Of a stretch of DNA of 64,000 nt, positions 29,867 to 40,026 are shown piece after piece (within the stretch, counting starts at the first letter, position 1; the number at the start of each line of letters is the position of its first letter). Source of the stretch: Leptolyngbyaceae cyanobacterium CSU_1_4 (lineage in GTDB: Bacteria > Cyanobacteriota > Cyanobacteriia > Elainellales > Elainellaceae); assembly GCA_012034615.1 (NCBI GenBank), contig JAAUPA010000001.1, forward strand, positions 2,242-66,241. Reading direction: 5' to 3'. Under the pieces are notes generated by a model, which did not search any database, had not been told where the DNA came from, and worked only from the letters and a program-made list of their open reading frames with translations. Made by a program: the position numbers and the translations under genes.

Positions 29867-30059
29867 GGATCGACACCTTTTTCGATTTCGGCGTTGCTGA
29901 ATGCAAGTATGAAAGCCCCCCAAATTGGGGGACTTCCGAACCCTTCAAAGTCCCTCAATTTGGGGGATTTAGGGGGCGAGAGAACGGTCAACTTAGATCA
30001 GTTCATACTTCGATTCAGCAACGCCTCGATTTCTTCAAAGTCGAAAAAGGTGTCGATCC
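29867..30059. mobile_element. Composite element: ~50-nt inverted-repeat arms enclosing a MITE copy (29915-29977)
   Basis: Outer arms ggatcgacacctttttcgatttcggcgttgctgaatgcaagtatgaa and ttcatacttcgattcagcaacgcctcgatttcttcaaagtcgaaaaaggtgtcgatcc are imperfect reverse complements. The inner core matches the GGGGGATTTAGGGGG family. Confidence 0.65.
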
Positions 30060-30340
30060 CAGAGACAGAACGTTCATCCCTAGTTCTTCTGTCAATGTCG
30101 TGATAATGCGCTCTAATAGCCGATTAATAGTTTGGGCTGAGTTGACATATTTTCTGATTATGTCTGCCCGATCGCTGAGCATTCAAAATTTTCTGGGTAT
30201 CTAAAGTTACCTCATTGGGTCATGCATAGGCCAATGCTCTGGGGGAGCTACCGCTCTGGGATGGAGGCGATCGGACACAAAACTTAATCCTCCTCTTATT
30301 GAGAAATACTTGCAAAAAGAAAGGGAATGTGGTTCCATCG

Positions 30341-30368
30341 TTATTGACTAGAGTTCTCAACTAGTAAT
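30341..30368. promoter_or_regulatory. Imperfect inverted repeat upstream of isiA (possible Fur/operator site)
   Basis: ttattgACTAGagttctcaaCTAGTaat lies 125-150 nt upstream of the isiA ATG. It overlaps a TTGACT -35-like hexamer. Confidence 0.25.
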
Positions 30369-30492
30369 CCATACCCGTAAAATAGACGAACACAACGTGT
30401 TCAGTCCTTGCAGGATTTTGGCTGGAATTCTTGCCTGAAAAAGCGGAGGAACATTCACCGCACTTAAAGCAAAACAAATTGGAGAATCTGCA

Positions 30493-31519
30493 ATGCAGAC
30501 TTACGATAAAGCTGATGTCAAATATGATTGGTGGGCAGGCAATGCTCGATTTGCCAACACCTCCGGGCTATTTATTGCTGCCCATGTGGCTCAAGCCGCG
30601 TTAATTACCTTTTGGGCCGGAGCCTTTACGCTCTTTGAAATTTCCTCCTACAACCCAAATGCTCCGATGGGTGAACAAGGGTTAATTTTGCTGCCTCACC
30701 TAGCCAGCTTGGGGCTGGGGGTAGGGCAAGGAGGGCAAGTGATTGATACTTACCCCTACTTCGTGATCGGTGCCGTCCACCTGATCTCATCGGCAGTTTT
30801 AGGCGCAGGTGCTTTATTTCACACCGTTAGAGGTCCAGAGGACTTAAAGCAAGCCAAAGGTAACGCTAGAAGGTTTCACTTTGAGTGGAGCGACCCGAAA
30901 CAGTTGGGTTTAATTTTAGGACACCATCTCCTTTTCTTGGGCGCAGGAGCTTTATTGCTTGTCGCAAAAGCCATGTTTTGGGGCGGGCTTTACGATGCTG
31001 CCTCCCAAACAGTAAGGGTTGTGACCTCGCCTACCCTTAATCCTGCTATTATCTATGGCTACCAAACTCATTTTGCCAGTGTTGATAACCTGGAAGATTT
31101 AGTGGGGGGACATGTCTATGTCGGTGTTTTGTTAATTGCAGGCGGCATTTGGCACATTATCGTTCCACCGCTAAACTGGGCAAAAAAAGTTCTCATCTTT
31201 TCAGGTGAAGCTATTCTTTCCTATTCTTTAGGCGGCATTGCCCTGGCTGGGTTTGTGGCGGCTTACTTTTGTGCCGTCAACACTTTGGCATATCCGGTCG
31301 AGTTTTATGGACCTGTGCTAGATGTGAAGTTAGGAGTAACTCCTTATTTGCTGATACTGTCGTATTGCCCTTGGGTGCGCATACCGCTCGGTGTTGGTTA
31401 GCCAATGCCCATTCTTTTTAGCGTTCTTCTTTTTACAAGGACATCTCTGGCACGCTCTAAGAGCGATCGGATTTGATTTCAAACGAGTCGAGCGTGCGCT
31501 CAATGCTGTGGAAAGTTAA
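30493..31519 (+). pseudogene. isiA: Iron-stress-induced chlorophyll-binding protein IsiA (CP43'), two frameshifts as assembled
   Basis: DWWAGNARF...[13 protein letters not shown]...LGHHL matches the CP43 family, at about 342 aa after repair. Adding one T at 31347-31349 and one at 31415-31419 restores ...[51 protein letters not shown].... Confidence 0.85.
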
Positions 31520-31616
31520 CCGCTAATATCTAAGTGCCCAGGGTGCGTCGGATCGCCAAAATCCCTTTAAAGCGCTCCACGCCCCTTTCTTTTGATACTC
31601 TTGATTTCCGTCTCCC

Positions 31617-32189
31617 ATGCCCGAAAACTCACAAAACGATTTACAGGCTGATGCACCCGCTCAAAACGTTGGATCTCCTTATTCAATTAATGCCCTAAAA
31701 GCATCTCTTCACCAGCGAGGCTTTCGGTTAACGGCTCAACGGCAAAAGATTCTTAATATCTTTCAAACCTTGACTCAGGGCGATCATCTCAGTGCAGAGG
31801 AACTACATGTTATTCTCCAACGCCAAGGTGAGCGCACCAGTTTATCAACGGTTTATCGGACGCTTCATTTAATGACCCAGATGGGGTTATTACGCGAGTT
31901 GGAATTTGCGGAAGGGCACAAGCACTATGAGTTAAATTTACCGTCTCCTGACCAGCATCATCATTTAGTGTGTGTGCAGTGTAATCGCACGCTGGAGTTC
32001 AAAAATGATTTGATTTTGAAAATGGGTTCTAAGCAAACCGAGGCTCATGGCTATCATTTATTAGACTGCCAGTTAACCCTCCATGTGATTTGTCCAGAGG
32101 CTTTTACTCAAGACTGGCGCACGTTGCAGCGTGGATGGAGGTGTGATAAAAGCCTGAAACTCGCTGAAACGTCAGAGTCGCCAGGGTAA
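31617..32189 (+). CDS. fur: Fur-family transcriptional regulator
   Basis: RLTAQRQKILNIF...HLSAEELH...STVYRTLHLM...HHHLVCVQCNRTLEF, i.e. a Fur winged helix plus metal-site motifs. Confidence 0.85.
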   Translation: MPENSQNDLQADAPAQNVGSPYSINALKASLHQRGFRLTAQRQKILNIFQTLTQGDHLSAEELHVILQRQGERTSLSTVYRTLHLMTQMGLLRELEFAEGHKHYELNLPSPDQHHHLVCVQCNRTLEFKNDLILKMGSKQTEAHGYHLLDCQLTLHVICPEAFTQDWRTLQRGWRCDKSLKLAETSESPG

Positions 32190-32439
32190 GTATTTTTAGG
32201 GATTAACTTGGCAATATACTGGGCAATAAATTTGGCAATATTTGTTGTGCATTCATTACAGTATTAACTCTTTCAGTATTAAAAATGATGGAGAAGGGTG
32301 GGTTAGGCAATGTCGTAATGTGCCAGGATAACGGGTCTCGATGCGTGACTGATGCTAGCAGCATCCTACACTTCAGGTCAGAGGTTTGATTTAAGTCAAT
32401 AGGTTGTTTATTCATTATTTAAAGGTCAAAGGAAGTTTA

Positions 32440-33105
32440 ATGTCTAAGTTGCCGGATGTGCTGATGTTGAGTGCCAGTCCTAGCTTGAAAGGGTTTAATC
32501 AGTCGCTCATGCGCCATTTGTCTTGGCAGGTGACGATCGCTCAATGGGAATATTGCCAAAGTAAGGATGAGGCAAGTTCTTTAGAAGTGGCATTGATACT
32601 TCTACATGACTATCTCAAAACGAGTCATCGTCCTGTTCATTTAATTGGTCATGGCATCAGTGGATTGGTGGGGCTGCTTTATGCGCGTCGGCATCCTGAA
32701 CGAGTTAAATCGCTGACCTTGCTATCGGTGGGAATGCACCCCGCAGTGGACTGGCAGGCGCACTATCACGTTCACTTAAAGCTTTTGCCCTGTAGCCGCG
32801 AAACAATTTTGATGCAAATGGTCTACAACTTATTTGGCTATCAGTCTAGACCGATCGCTCAAGATTTGGTCAAAATTTTGGAGCAAGATTTGTGTAATTC
32901 TCTGTCTCCTCACACTGTATTCCAATCTACCTCTATTTCGCCTGACACGATTCCTGTGCCGATGTTGGTTTGTGGGAGCGAAGACGATGTGATTATTACG
33001 CCCCACGAGCTGCAAGGATGGCGAGATTGGCTAGGAAAGGGCGATCGCATCTGGAAATGTCCTCAGGGACGGCATTTCTTCCACTATTTTCATCCTCAAT
33101 GGTGA
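32440..33105 (+). CDS. Alpha/beta hydrolase
   Basis: Nucleophile elbow LIGHGISGLVG. The ATG at 32440 is preceded by aaggaag. The upstream part of the tracked ORF is unsupported. Confidence 0.65.
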   Translation: MSKLPDVLMLSASPSLKGFNQSLMRHLSWQVTIAQWEYCQSKDEASSLEVALILLHDYLKTSHRPVHLIGHGISGLVGLLYARRHPERVKSLTLLSVGMHPAVDWQAHYHVHLKLLPCSRETILMQMVYNLFGYQSRPIAQDLVKILEQDLCNSLSPHTVFQSTSISPDTIPVPMLVCGSEDDVIITPHELQGWRDWLGKGDRIWKCPQGRHFFHYFHPQW

Positions 33106-33223
33106 CTCGACAGATTCTTAATTTCTGGGCTGCTTTGCCATCAGAACCCTATCAGTGCCGAACCAATCGCTCTAACGATGCGTTAACCATTCCATCCGAA
33201 TACTGATCTGCCAGAAGGATTTT

Positions 33224-33538
33224 ATGTTGTATTTAACTCTCATTCCAGCTAGTAAAACCCTGTTACCGCCGCTTTTCACTCTCTTGATCGGCAGCGGTCT
33301 AATGAGCTTAGCTTGGTCAATGGTTAAAACTGTTCAACAAGGCATTAATCATCTCAAAAAACTTCATCAGGTTCCTTGCGATCGCTGCGTTTTTCATACT
33401 GGAAGCTATTTATTAAAATGCACGGTTCATCCCAGTAAAGCATTTACCGAAGACTCGATAGGCTGCCTAGATTATGAACCAACTTGTCATCGTATTTCAC
33501 CATGTTCTCAGGCTGGTCAAAGGAAAGGAAAGCTTTAA
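33224..33538 (+). CDS. Hypothetical membrane protein with a Cys-rich C-terminus
   Basis: 104-aa ORF with one TM segment, then CDRC...C...C. Confidence 0.4.
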   Translation: MLYLTLIPASKTLLPPLFTLLIGSGLMSLAWSMVKTVQQGINHLKKLHQVPCDRCVFHTGSYLLKCTVHPSKAFTEDSIGCLDYEPTCHRISPCSQAGQRKGKL

Positions 33539-33607
33539 AGAAGCCCCAACGTTTTAACATTAGGGCTTTTTTATCTCAGTGGTCTATCTCAGCTCATTAT
33601 CGACCCA

Positions 33608-34144
33608 TTAATTCAAAATGACCAGAGTATCGTCTGCCAGGAAATGAGCCAAATGATAAGCGCGTTCTTCAGTTTTAAGCAAAATCTTCTCGTACAAGTA
33701 ACGAGTGGCGCGATCGCCCAAACTCTCTGCCGCCGACGCTTGCCGACGCAGTATGCCAATCAGCGCCTGTTCTGCTTGCAAATCATGCGCCACCATTTGA
33801 CGGCATTGATAAGCACCATCTGACTCTGGTGTGAAGCAGCACAACTCTGCCAGTTTAGTGAAACTCGCCGCCGGGACACCCCCCAAACCGTTCAACCGCT
33901 CACCAATTTCGTGAACATGATCCTGAACTTCTTCGTAACTCTCTTGAAAGAACTTATGCAGCGAATAAAACTCTGCTCCTTCCACGACAAAGTGATGCTT
34001 TTGGTATTGCAAATACAATGCCTGAAAACTAGCGAGAGCAACATTAAAGCCCTCGCAAATTGGCTCTGTTGTAGAGCGTTCAAGCATCAGCACGTTGTCG
34101 TTAACGTGACCAAATGGATGTACGACTGTTTGCAAGTTAGGCAT
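33608..34144 (-). CDS. dps: Dps-family DNA-protecting ferritin-like protein
   Basis: [52 protein letters not shown] is the Dps ferroxidase-centre region. Confidence 0.88.
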   Translation of the reverse strand: MPNLQTVVHPFGHVNDNVLMLERSTTEPICEGFNVALASFQALYLQYQKHHFVVEGAEFYSLHKFFQESYEEVQDHVHEIGERLNGLGGVPAASFTKLAELCCFTPESDGAYQCRQMVAHDLQAEQALIGILRRQASAAESLGDRATRYLYEKILLKTEERAYHLAHFLADDTLVILN

Positions 34145-34387
34145 ATCGTTTTTCTCTCAGTTTCTCTCAGGACAAGCGACCTACTAGATAGATGCTTGCC
34201 TACCAAGGTACAGCAACTTTTGCCTCAAAGTAATGAAGTCTGAGTTTTTTAATGACCTAATGTGAGAGGTAATTAGAAGTCTTTCGCATATTTTTCAGGG
34301 TTCATAAAAGCGGATTAGCTCATCACTAGCCCGTATCTAATTAAACCCCTTACCAAAATGTCTAGAGGTGCATTGCCAGAAAAGATC

Positions 34388-34405
34388 TAATCGCTAATCA
34401 TTCTC
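34388..34405. promoter_or_regulatory. Fur-box-like operator
   Basis: taatcgctaatcattctc matches 14 of 17 aligned positions of the classical TAATGATAATCATTATC Fur-box core. It lies 44 nt upstream of the 34449 ORF and 244 nt upstream of dps. Confidence 0.4.
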
Positions 34406-34448
34406 TTTACAAAAGTCAACAAATAATAACACTCCTCTCTTCCTCCCC

Positions 34449-34685
34449 ATGAATATGTTTGAAATCCAATGTTCAGAACGCTGGCAGGTCTACCGTCGGT
34501 TACAGGAACTCGATATTCATTGCCTTTGCTCCTCTTACAAGCCTCTGAAGGTGGAGATTAATGGGGCGATCGAAGCGTCTCAAATTTGGAGCGTGACCCG
34601 ACAATTCACCGCATCTCGCCAGGAGTTAGTCGAGTGGATGGAGAGTTGCTGGAAGTGTAAGGGGCGAAAGCGCGGTAGCTTTTGA
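34449..34685 (+). CDS. Small conserved cyanobacterial hypothetical protein
   Basis: 78-aa ORF (MNMFEIQCSERWQVYRRLQELDIHC...) resembling small Asr-type proteins. Function unknown. Confidence 0.45.
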   Translation: MNMFEIQCSERWQVYRRLQELDIHCLCSSYKPLKVEINGAIEASQIWSVTRQFTASRQELVEWMESCWKCKGRKRGSF

Positions 34686-34734
34686 GCCGAAGGGAAGGAT
34701 GGAAGAAACTCAAGGAGGAGCAAAACCAGAGCCT

Positions 34735-35061
34735 TTATTTTTGGCAAATTTGGGCGGGAATAATGGGGCTGAAGCGACGATATTCTGCTAAATATTGCTC
34801 TATTACGACAAACTGCGGCAAGTTGAGGCTGTAGTAAATCCACCGTCCTTCCTGGCGCGATCGCACAAGTTCTGCTTCTTTAAGAACTTTAAGATGAAAC
34901 GATAGCTTTGATTGATTGACCTCTAAAGAATCACACAAATCACAAACACAAAGTTCCTGAGTGCGGAGGAGATCCAGAACTTTTAATCTGAGCGGCTCAG
35001 AGAGTGCATGAAAGCTAGCGGCGATCGCGGCGGTTGGAAGCGTAGAAGTGTGTTGCATCAA
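34735..35061 (-). CDS. ArsR/SmtB-family metalloregulator
   Basis: ELCVCDLCDSLEVNQSKLSFHLKVLKEAELV is the ArsR-type HTH with a CVC metal site. Confidence 0.88.
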   Translation of the reverse strand: MMQHTSTLPTAAIAASFHALSEPLRLKVLDLLRTQELCVCDLCDSLEVNQSKLSFHLKVLKEAELVRSRQEGRWIYYSLNLPQFVVIEQYLAEYRRFSPIIPAQICQK

Positions 35062-35138
35062 TTTTTTTTGAGTCGTTTCCCCATTCTATGACCATCGAGC
35101 AGAAACAGGGCTAATCCATCCTATCCTTAGCCCTATCC

Positions 35139-36622
35139 TTAGCCCTCCAGCTTTTTCATCAACAACTGATTGGTTAACTTAGGATCTGCTTTTCCGCCTG
35201 TTTGCTTCATAACTTGTCCCACAAAGAAGCCTGCCATATTTTTCTTTCCACCTCTGTACTTTTCCAACTCATCTGGGTGAGCCGCCAACACCTGATCGAT
35301 CGCCTCTTCGATCACTTTTGGGTCAGAGACTTGAACTAATCCTTTGCTTTCGACCAATGCCTTCGCCGATCCGCCCTTGGTTAACAGCTCCGGTAAAATA
35401 TCTTTACCAATCTTGTTGCTAATTGTGTTCGATTCAATCAAGCCCACCATTTCTGCCAGCATCTCAGGCTTCAGCGCGATCGCGTCAATGGCAAGTTTCT
35501 CGTTGTTCAGATAGGCACTGATATCGCCCATAATCCAGTTGGCAGCTAGTTTAGCCCCAGCCCCAGCGGCGACGGTTGCTTCAAAATATTCTGCCATTGC
35601 CCGGTCATCGGTCATTACTCGCGCATCGTAAGGCGATAAACCCATTTCTGTTTCATAGCGGCGGCGTTTACTGGCAGGAAGTTCTGGCAAATCGGCTTTC
35701 CAGCGGACTAACTGTTGTTGAGACACTTCAATCGGACCTAAATCTGGCTCAGGGAAATAGCGATAGTCGCTAGACCCTTCTTTGATCCGCATACTGAAGG
35801 TCCGTTGGGAGCTTTCGTCCCATAGGCGAGTTTCTTGAACGATCTTTTCACCGGATGCGATCGCCTCAATTTGCCGCTCAATTTCGTAATCGATCGCCCG
35901 ATGGATCGCATTAAACGAGTTCATATTTTTAATTTCGACCTTGGTGCCAAATTTCTCAGTGCCGACTGGGCGCACCGAAATGTTGACATCACAACGCAGC
36001 GATCCTTCCTGCATGTTGCCATCGCTCACACCCAAATAACGCATAATTCGGCGCATCTCTTGGGCATATTCTGCGGCTTCCTGCCCCGATCGCAAATCAG
36101 GCTCGGAGACAATTTCTACTAAGGGAACGCCCGCGCGATTATAGTCTACTAACGAATAGGTCGAGCCTGCTAAGCGATCGCTGCCACCATGCACTAATTT
36201 TCCGGCATCTTCTTCCATGTGCAGCCGTGTCACTCCAATGCGCTTGCGACGAGAGCTACCGTCCGCATCAACCAGCTCAATTTCTAGCCAGCCATGCTCG
36301 GCGATCGGCAAGTCGTACTGGGAGATTTGATAGTTTTTGGGCAGGTCGGGATAAAAATACTGTTTGCGATCGAACTTGCTGTAGGGGGCAATCTGAGCAT
36401 TGAGCGCCAGTCCGGCTTTGACTGCGTACTCTAACACCTTTTGATTCAGCACAGGCAGCGTTCCGGGTAGGCCCATGCACACCGGGTCAATGTGGGTGTT
36501 GGGGTCGGAGCCGAACTGAGCCGACTGGTGGAGAAGATTTGGTTTCGGTGCTCAGTTGGCAATGGGTTTCTAGACCAATTTATTGCTTCGTACTGGGTTT
36601 TGGTGGGGGTTGCAGCAGTCAT
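35139..36622 (-). pseudogene. gatB: Asp/Glu-tRNA amidotransferase subunit B, three indels near the 5' end as assembled (essential gene, certainly intact in vivo)
   Basis: [12 protein letters not shown]...[22 protein letters not shown]...[10 protein letters not shown]. The upstream ATG at 36622 gives MTAATPTKTQYEAI. Frame-hopping restores [37 protein letters not shown]. Confidence 0.9.
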
Positions 36623-36685
36623 AGGGGGCGATCGTGTTTTAGCGTTATCTCTATTTTACGACTAAAGTCTCCTGACGGAGTAATG

Positions 36686-38419
36686 TTAAGGGCTGAACGG
36701 ATCAACGATCGCCTCTTGCCTCTGCCGGACTGAATTGACCAAAAAGACGCGCGAACAATTTACTAATTCCTTGGCTCGAATAATCCGCTCTTGAACAATT
36801 TTTTGATGCAATAGCCAAGCCCGGAAGGTTCCGGCTAATAGCCCGCATTCAAGAGGAGGTGTATACCATTTTCCGTTAAGTTCAACGACTAAATTTCCAG
36901 TGCAAAATTCGGTGAGTTCTCCATTTTCATTCCATAAAATCACGTCGTCATATCCAGGGCATTGCTGTTGGGCTTGCGCGTAAACTTGGCGATCGCTGGT
37001 TTTGTGGTAGAGGAAAATATGGGTAGAATCTATTGGATCTGGGGCAAGGCAGACTCGCAAGGGTTGCTGAGCCTGAACAAAAGGACTAGATTCGTGAGTT
37101 AAAATGCCTTGAGGCGAAAGTAAAAGTCGGATTTTGTGGGGTTGGGGGGGAAGGGTTGGGGCGATCGCTTTGAGATAATCCTGCACCATGGATTGATCAA
37201 CAGGAAACGCAAAATATTGGGCTGATGTGGTCAGTCTTTGAAGGTGCAAATCTAGTAAAAAGTAGTCTTTTTCGGGTGTCCAGAGCAGTGTTTCTAACAG
37301 TGAAAACTTGGGTTGCTGGGCAGTCAAAACTTTGGCTTTTGTGCGACATTCTTCAAACTCGGCTCCGGCTTGAGAATCCCAAACAATGCCGCCCCCCACT
37401 CCATATTCTGCGATTCGATCATTCTTGTTGATGAGAACGGTGCGGATAGCAACATTGAATTGCGACGTTCTATTCGGCGTGATAAACCCGATCGTACCGG
37501 TGTATATTTTACGGGGTGTATTTTCTAGTTCTGCAATGATTTTCATCGTTTGCAGTTTGGGTGCGCCGGTAATGGAAGCACAAGGGAACAGAGCTTGAAA
37601 AATTTCACTAATAGGGGCTTGAGTGCGGCATTGCACAGAGGAGGTCATTTGCCAAAGGGTGGGATATTGTTCAAGGTTGAAGAGGCTCGTAACTTCGACC
37701 GTGCCGAGTTGGGCAATGCGTCCCAGATCGTTGCGAATCATGTCTACGATCATGATATTTTCGGCTTGGTTTTTTTCAGAGTTTCGCAACCATTGGGCGA
37801 GGAGGCGATCGCCCGCATGGGTTAGCCCGCGCGGAACAGTGCCTTTCATGGGTCGGCAGTAAATTTCGTGGCTATTTTGGCGAAAAAAGATCTCGGGAGA
37901 AGCACAACAAATTGCCCAGTCTGAGGTTTCAATGAAAGCTCCATATGGGGCATTCTGGGCAAGCTGGTTGAAGTATTGCCAGGGGGATTGGAGAAACGGG
38001 GCGTTCAGGCGAAAAGATAAATTAACCTGATAGGTCAGACCTTGGGAAATATAGTGCTTAACCTGGTTGAAGGCTTCATCATATTGAGACTGCGTAATAT
38101 CGGGGAGCCAAGCTAGGGGTGAAGATAATGAGGGGGGCGGAAGCTTGATGGCTTCGGGTTTGGCATAGAGCCCAAACCAGGCTAAGGGGAAAGAAGTCGT
38201 TTTGACCGTAAAGGCGGGGTCAAAGGCGAGGGCGGCTTCGTAGCTGAGGAAGCCTGCTGCGTAGAGGTGATGTTGTTCTACTTGTTGTTGCAGGGTTTTT
38301 AAAAGGGAAAGAACTTGGTCGGGGGTGTGGGCGATGAGAGTGGCTACGGGATCGTGAAAACCAAGCCAGACTTGGCTTTGAGCATCGTGAATAATAACAG
38401 TGGGTGTGCTGGGTGCCAT
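36686..38419 (-). CDS. pabB: Fused aminodeoxychorismate synthase component I / aminodeoxychorismate lyase (PabB-PabC)
   Basis: Chorismate-binding motifs (ITGAPK, YTGTIGFI, GGGIVWDS) precede a class IV aminotransferase-like C-terminus (FSLLETLLW..., YHKTSDR, ILWNENGELTEFCTGN). Confidence 0.8.
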   Translation of the reverse strand: MAPSTPTVIIHDAQSQVWLGFHDPVATLIAHTPDQVLSLLKTLQQQVEQHHLYAAGFLSYEAALAFDPAFTVKTTSFPLAWFGLYAKPEAIKLPPPSLSSPLAWLPDITQSQYDEAFNQVKHYISQGLTYQVNLSFRLNAPFLQSPWQYFNQLAQNAPYGAFIETSDWAICCASPEIFFRQNSHEIYCRPMKGTVPRGLTHAGDRLLAQWLRNSEKNQAENIMIVDMIRNDLGRIAQLGTVEVTSLFNLEQYPTLWQMTSSVQCRTQAPISEIFQALFPCASITGAPKLQTMKIIAELENTPRKIYTGTIGFITPNRTSQFNVAIRTVLINKNDRIAEYGVGGGIVWDSQAGAEFEECRTKAKVLTAQQPKFSLLETLLWTPEKDYFLLDLHLQRLTTSAQYFAFPVDQSMVQDYLKAIAPTLPPQPHKIRLLLSPQGILTHESSPFVQAQQPLRVCLAPDPIDSTHIFLYHKTSDRQVYAQAQQQCPGYDDVILWNENGELTEFCTGNLVVELNGKWYTPPLECGLLAGTFRAWLLHQKIVQERIIRAKELVNCSRVFLVNSVRQRQEAIVDPFSP

Positions 38420-38420
38420 G

Positions 38421-40022
38421 CTAATCTCTGTTCACGAGGGGTTGCCGGGACGGGATTAAAGTGAGGTGATAGGGTTGCTGGGCAAAGGCTTTAGCATAGG
38501 ATGCGGTGAGATAGGGTTGATAGGTATTATCTTGGCTAATGTACGCTTTGAAGAATGCAGTGTTGAATGTTTTGAGATAGTTTTGTGTCACCTTAAACAG
38601 TTCATCGGAAAGCATGGCGCGGTTGGTTCCTGTAACGCGATCGAGTAATCTTAAAATGACACGAGTATGGGGCAGCTTTTGGGATACTGCTAGATACTTC
38701 TGAACTGAGGGTAAGGCATTAAACATCGGAACTTGCTCAAGAACGAGAGGCGTAACAATGTCTTCATTAGTAGCTTGCCAAAAAACAGGGATGCGAATAT
38801 TTTTAACGCCTTGGCTGCCATAAATATGTTGGCTCGATGGAACGAATAGAAAGATAGCTTTAATGCGATCGTCCTTTAACTGATAATTGTAACGGGGAAG
38901 TTCTAGGGCACGACATTGATAGAGAACAGCGATGTTGATTACATTGATTTGATTGCCACAGTCTTGTTCTAACTGGTTGAAGTTGAGGGTTGCACCTGCT
39001 AAGGCTAGGGCTGCGGTGCCGCCTAAGGAGTAGCCAAACATTCCAACTAGTTGCAAGTTGAGTTGATTATGGAAGTCGTTGGCATTGCGTCGGGTGAGTT
39101 CGTCTAACACAAAGGAAATATCGAGGGGGCGATCGATAAAATCTTGGCTATCAAAGTTTTCGCTGTAGAGTCCTTTAAAGAAGTCTCTTTGCCGCTGGGC
39201 GTTGCTGCCGGGATGATCGAGGACTATGGCTGCAAAACCTTGGGATGCCAGGTGCTGAGCCAAGTCTTTGAAGTGGCTGCGTTCGCCGCCTAAGCCGCCG
39301 GAAATGAAAATGATGGGGGCGGGGCTTGAGGTGTGGGGACGGTAGAGATCGAGGGTGAGAGGGCGATTGCGTTTTTCGTCTTTCAAGCTTAAGGTTTGCA
39401 TTCCGATCGCTAATTTTCCGGGCTGCCGCAAATCAGATAATTGCGTTAGATCGATCGGCGGTTCTGACTGAGCAATTTGGGTCGTTTCTTGTTCTAACTC
39501 TGCAACGAACGTATCGGTTTCTTGAATGGTGGTTTTGAGCTGGTTGACAAATTTTAGGGTGCCTGGAAGATTGAGGCGCAGATCGGTTGGAAATTTTTGG
39601 AGGAAGTTGAGAAGGCTGAGTCCTTGGGAGTCTTCGGCGGCTTGGAGGAGGGCGGCACGAATGGCATAGAATCCGTTTTGGCGATCGCGGGTTTGAACTA
39701 GGTCGCCCAGCCGTTTGAGCAACCGTTCGGCAGTGACAGTGTAGGTAACGCGGGACAAGATAACCGGGTTGACTTCGTTTTTAAGGCGGAGGAGATTTCT
39801 AATTTGGGCTTGCCGTTCGGGGCTGAAGCGATTGAGGATAAATTTTAACTGAGGCGGAATCGTGCCGGTTTGGGCAAATTGGTTGAGGTCATCTACCGCA
39901 ATAGAGAATTCAAAGGGTCCATAGTTGAGATAAATGTGTTCAGCGGCTTTAGCAGGAGCGGCGATCGCCATCAGCGCCGTGAAAATTAGGGGAGTAAGCC
40001 AGAGTCGAGGGTTACGAATCAT
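38421..40022 (-). CDS. Secreted DUF1400 + alpha/beta hydrolase (dienelactone hydrolase/PAF-acetylhydrolase-like)
   Basis: Signal peptide (LIFTALMAIAAPAKA), DUF1400-like N-terminal region and the nucleophile elbow FGYSLGG. I chose the ATG at 40022, 4 nt after the FAAL stop. The stop is 1 nt before the pabB ATG. Confidence 0.7.
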   Translation of the reverse strand: MIRNPRLWLTPLIFTALMAIAAPAKAAEHIYLNYGPFEFSIAVDDLNQFAQTGTIPPQLKFILNRFSPERQAQIRNLLRLKNEVNPVILSRVTYTVTAERLLKRLGDLVQTRDRQNGFYAIRAALLQAAEDSQGLSLLNFLQKFPTDLRLNLPGTLKFVNQLKTTIQETDTFVAELEQETTQIAQSEPPIDLTQLSDLRQPGKLAIGMQTLSLKDEKRNRPLTLDLYRPHTSSPAPIIFISGGLGGERSHFKDLAQHLASQGFAAIVLDHPGSNAQRQRDFFKGLYSENFDSQDFIDRPLDISFVLDELTRRNANDFHNQLNLQLVGMFGYSLGGTAALALAGATLNFNQLEQDCGNQINVINIAVLYQCRALELPRYNYQLKDDRIKAIFLFVPSSQHIYGSQGVKNIRIPVFWQATNEDIVTPLVLEQVPMFNALPSVQKYLAVSQKLPHTRVILRLLDRVTGTNRAMLSDELFKVTQNYLKTFNTAFFKAYISQDNTYQPYLTASYAKAFAQQPYHLTLIPSRQPLVNRD

Positions 40023-40026
40023 CGTT

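Noticed and set aside
29800-30204. 134-aa ORF downstream of the response regulator
   Set aside because: It is translated straight through the composite palindromic element (29867-30059), and its mirror ORFs exist on the other strand. It is an artefact of the repeat.
32203-32415. 70-aa minus-strand ORF and GGCAATA x3 repeats between fur and the hydrolase gene
   Set aside because: The ORF has no support. The three GGCAATA heptamers (32210-32250) are short and in an AT-rich context, so chance occurrence cannot be excluded.
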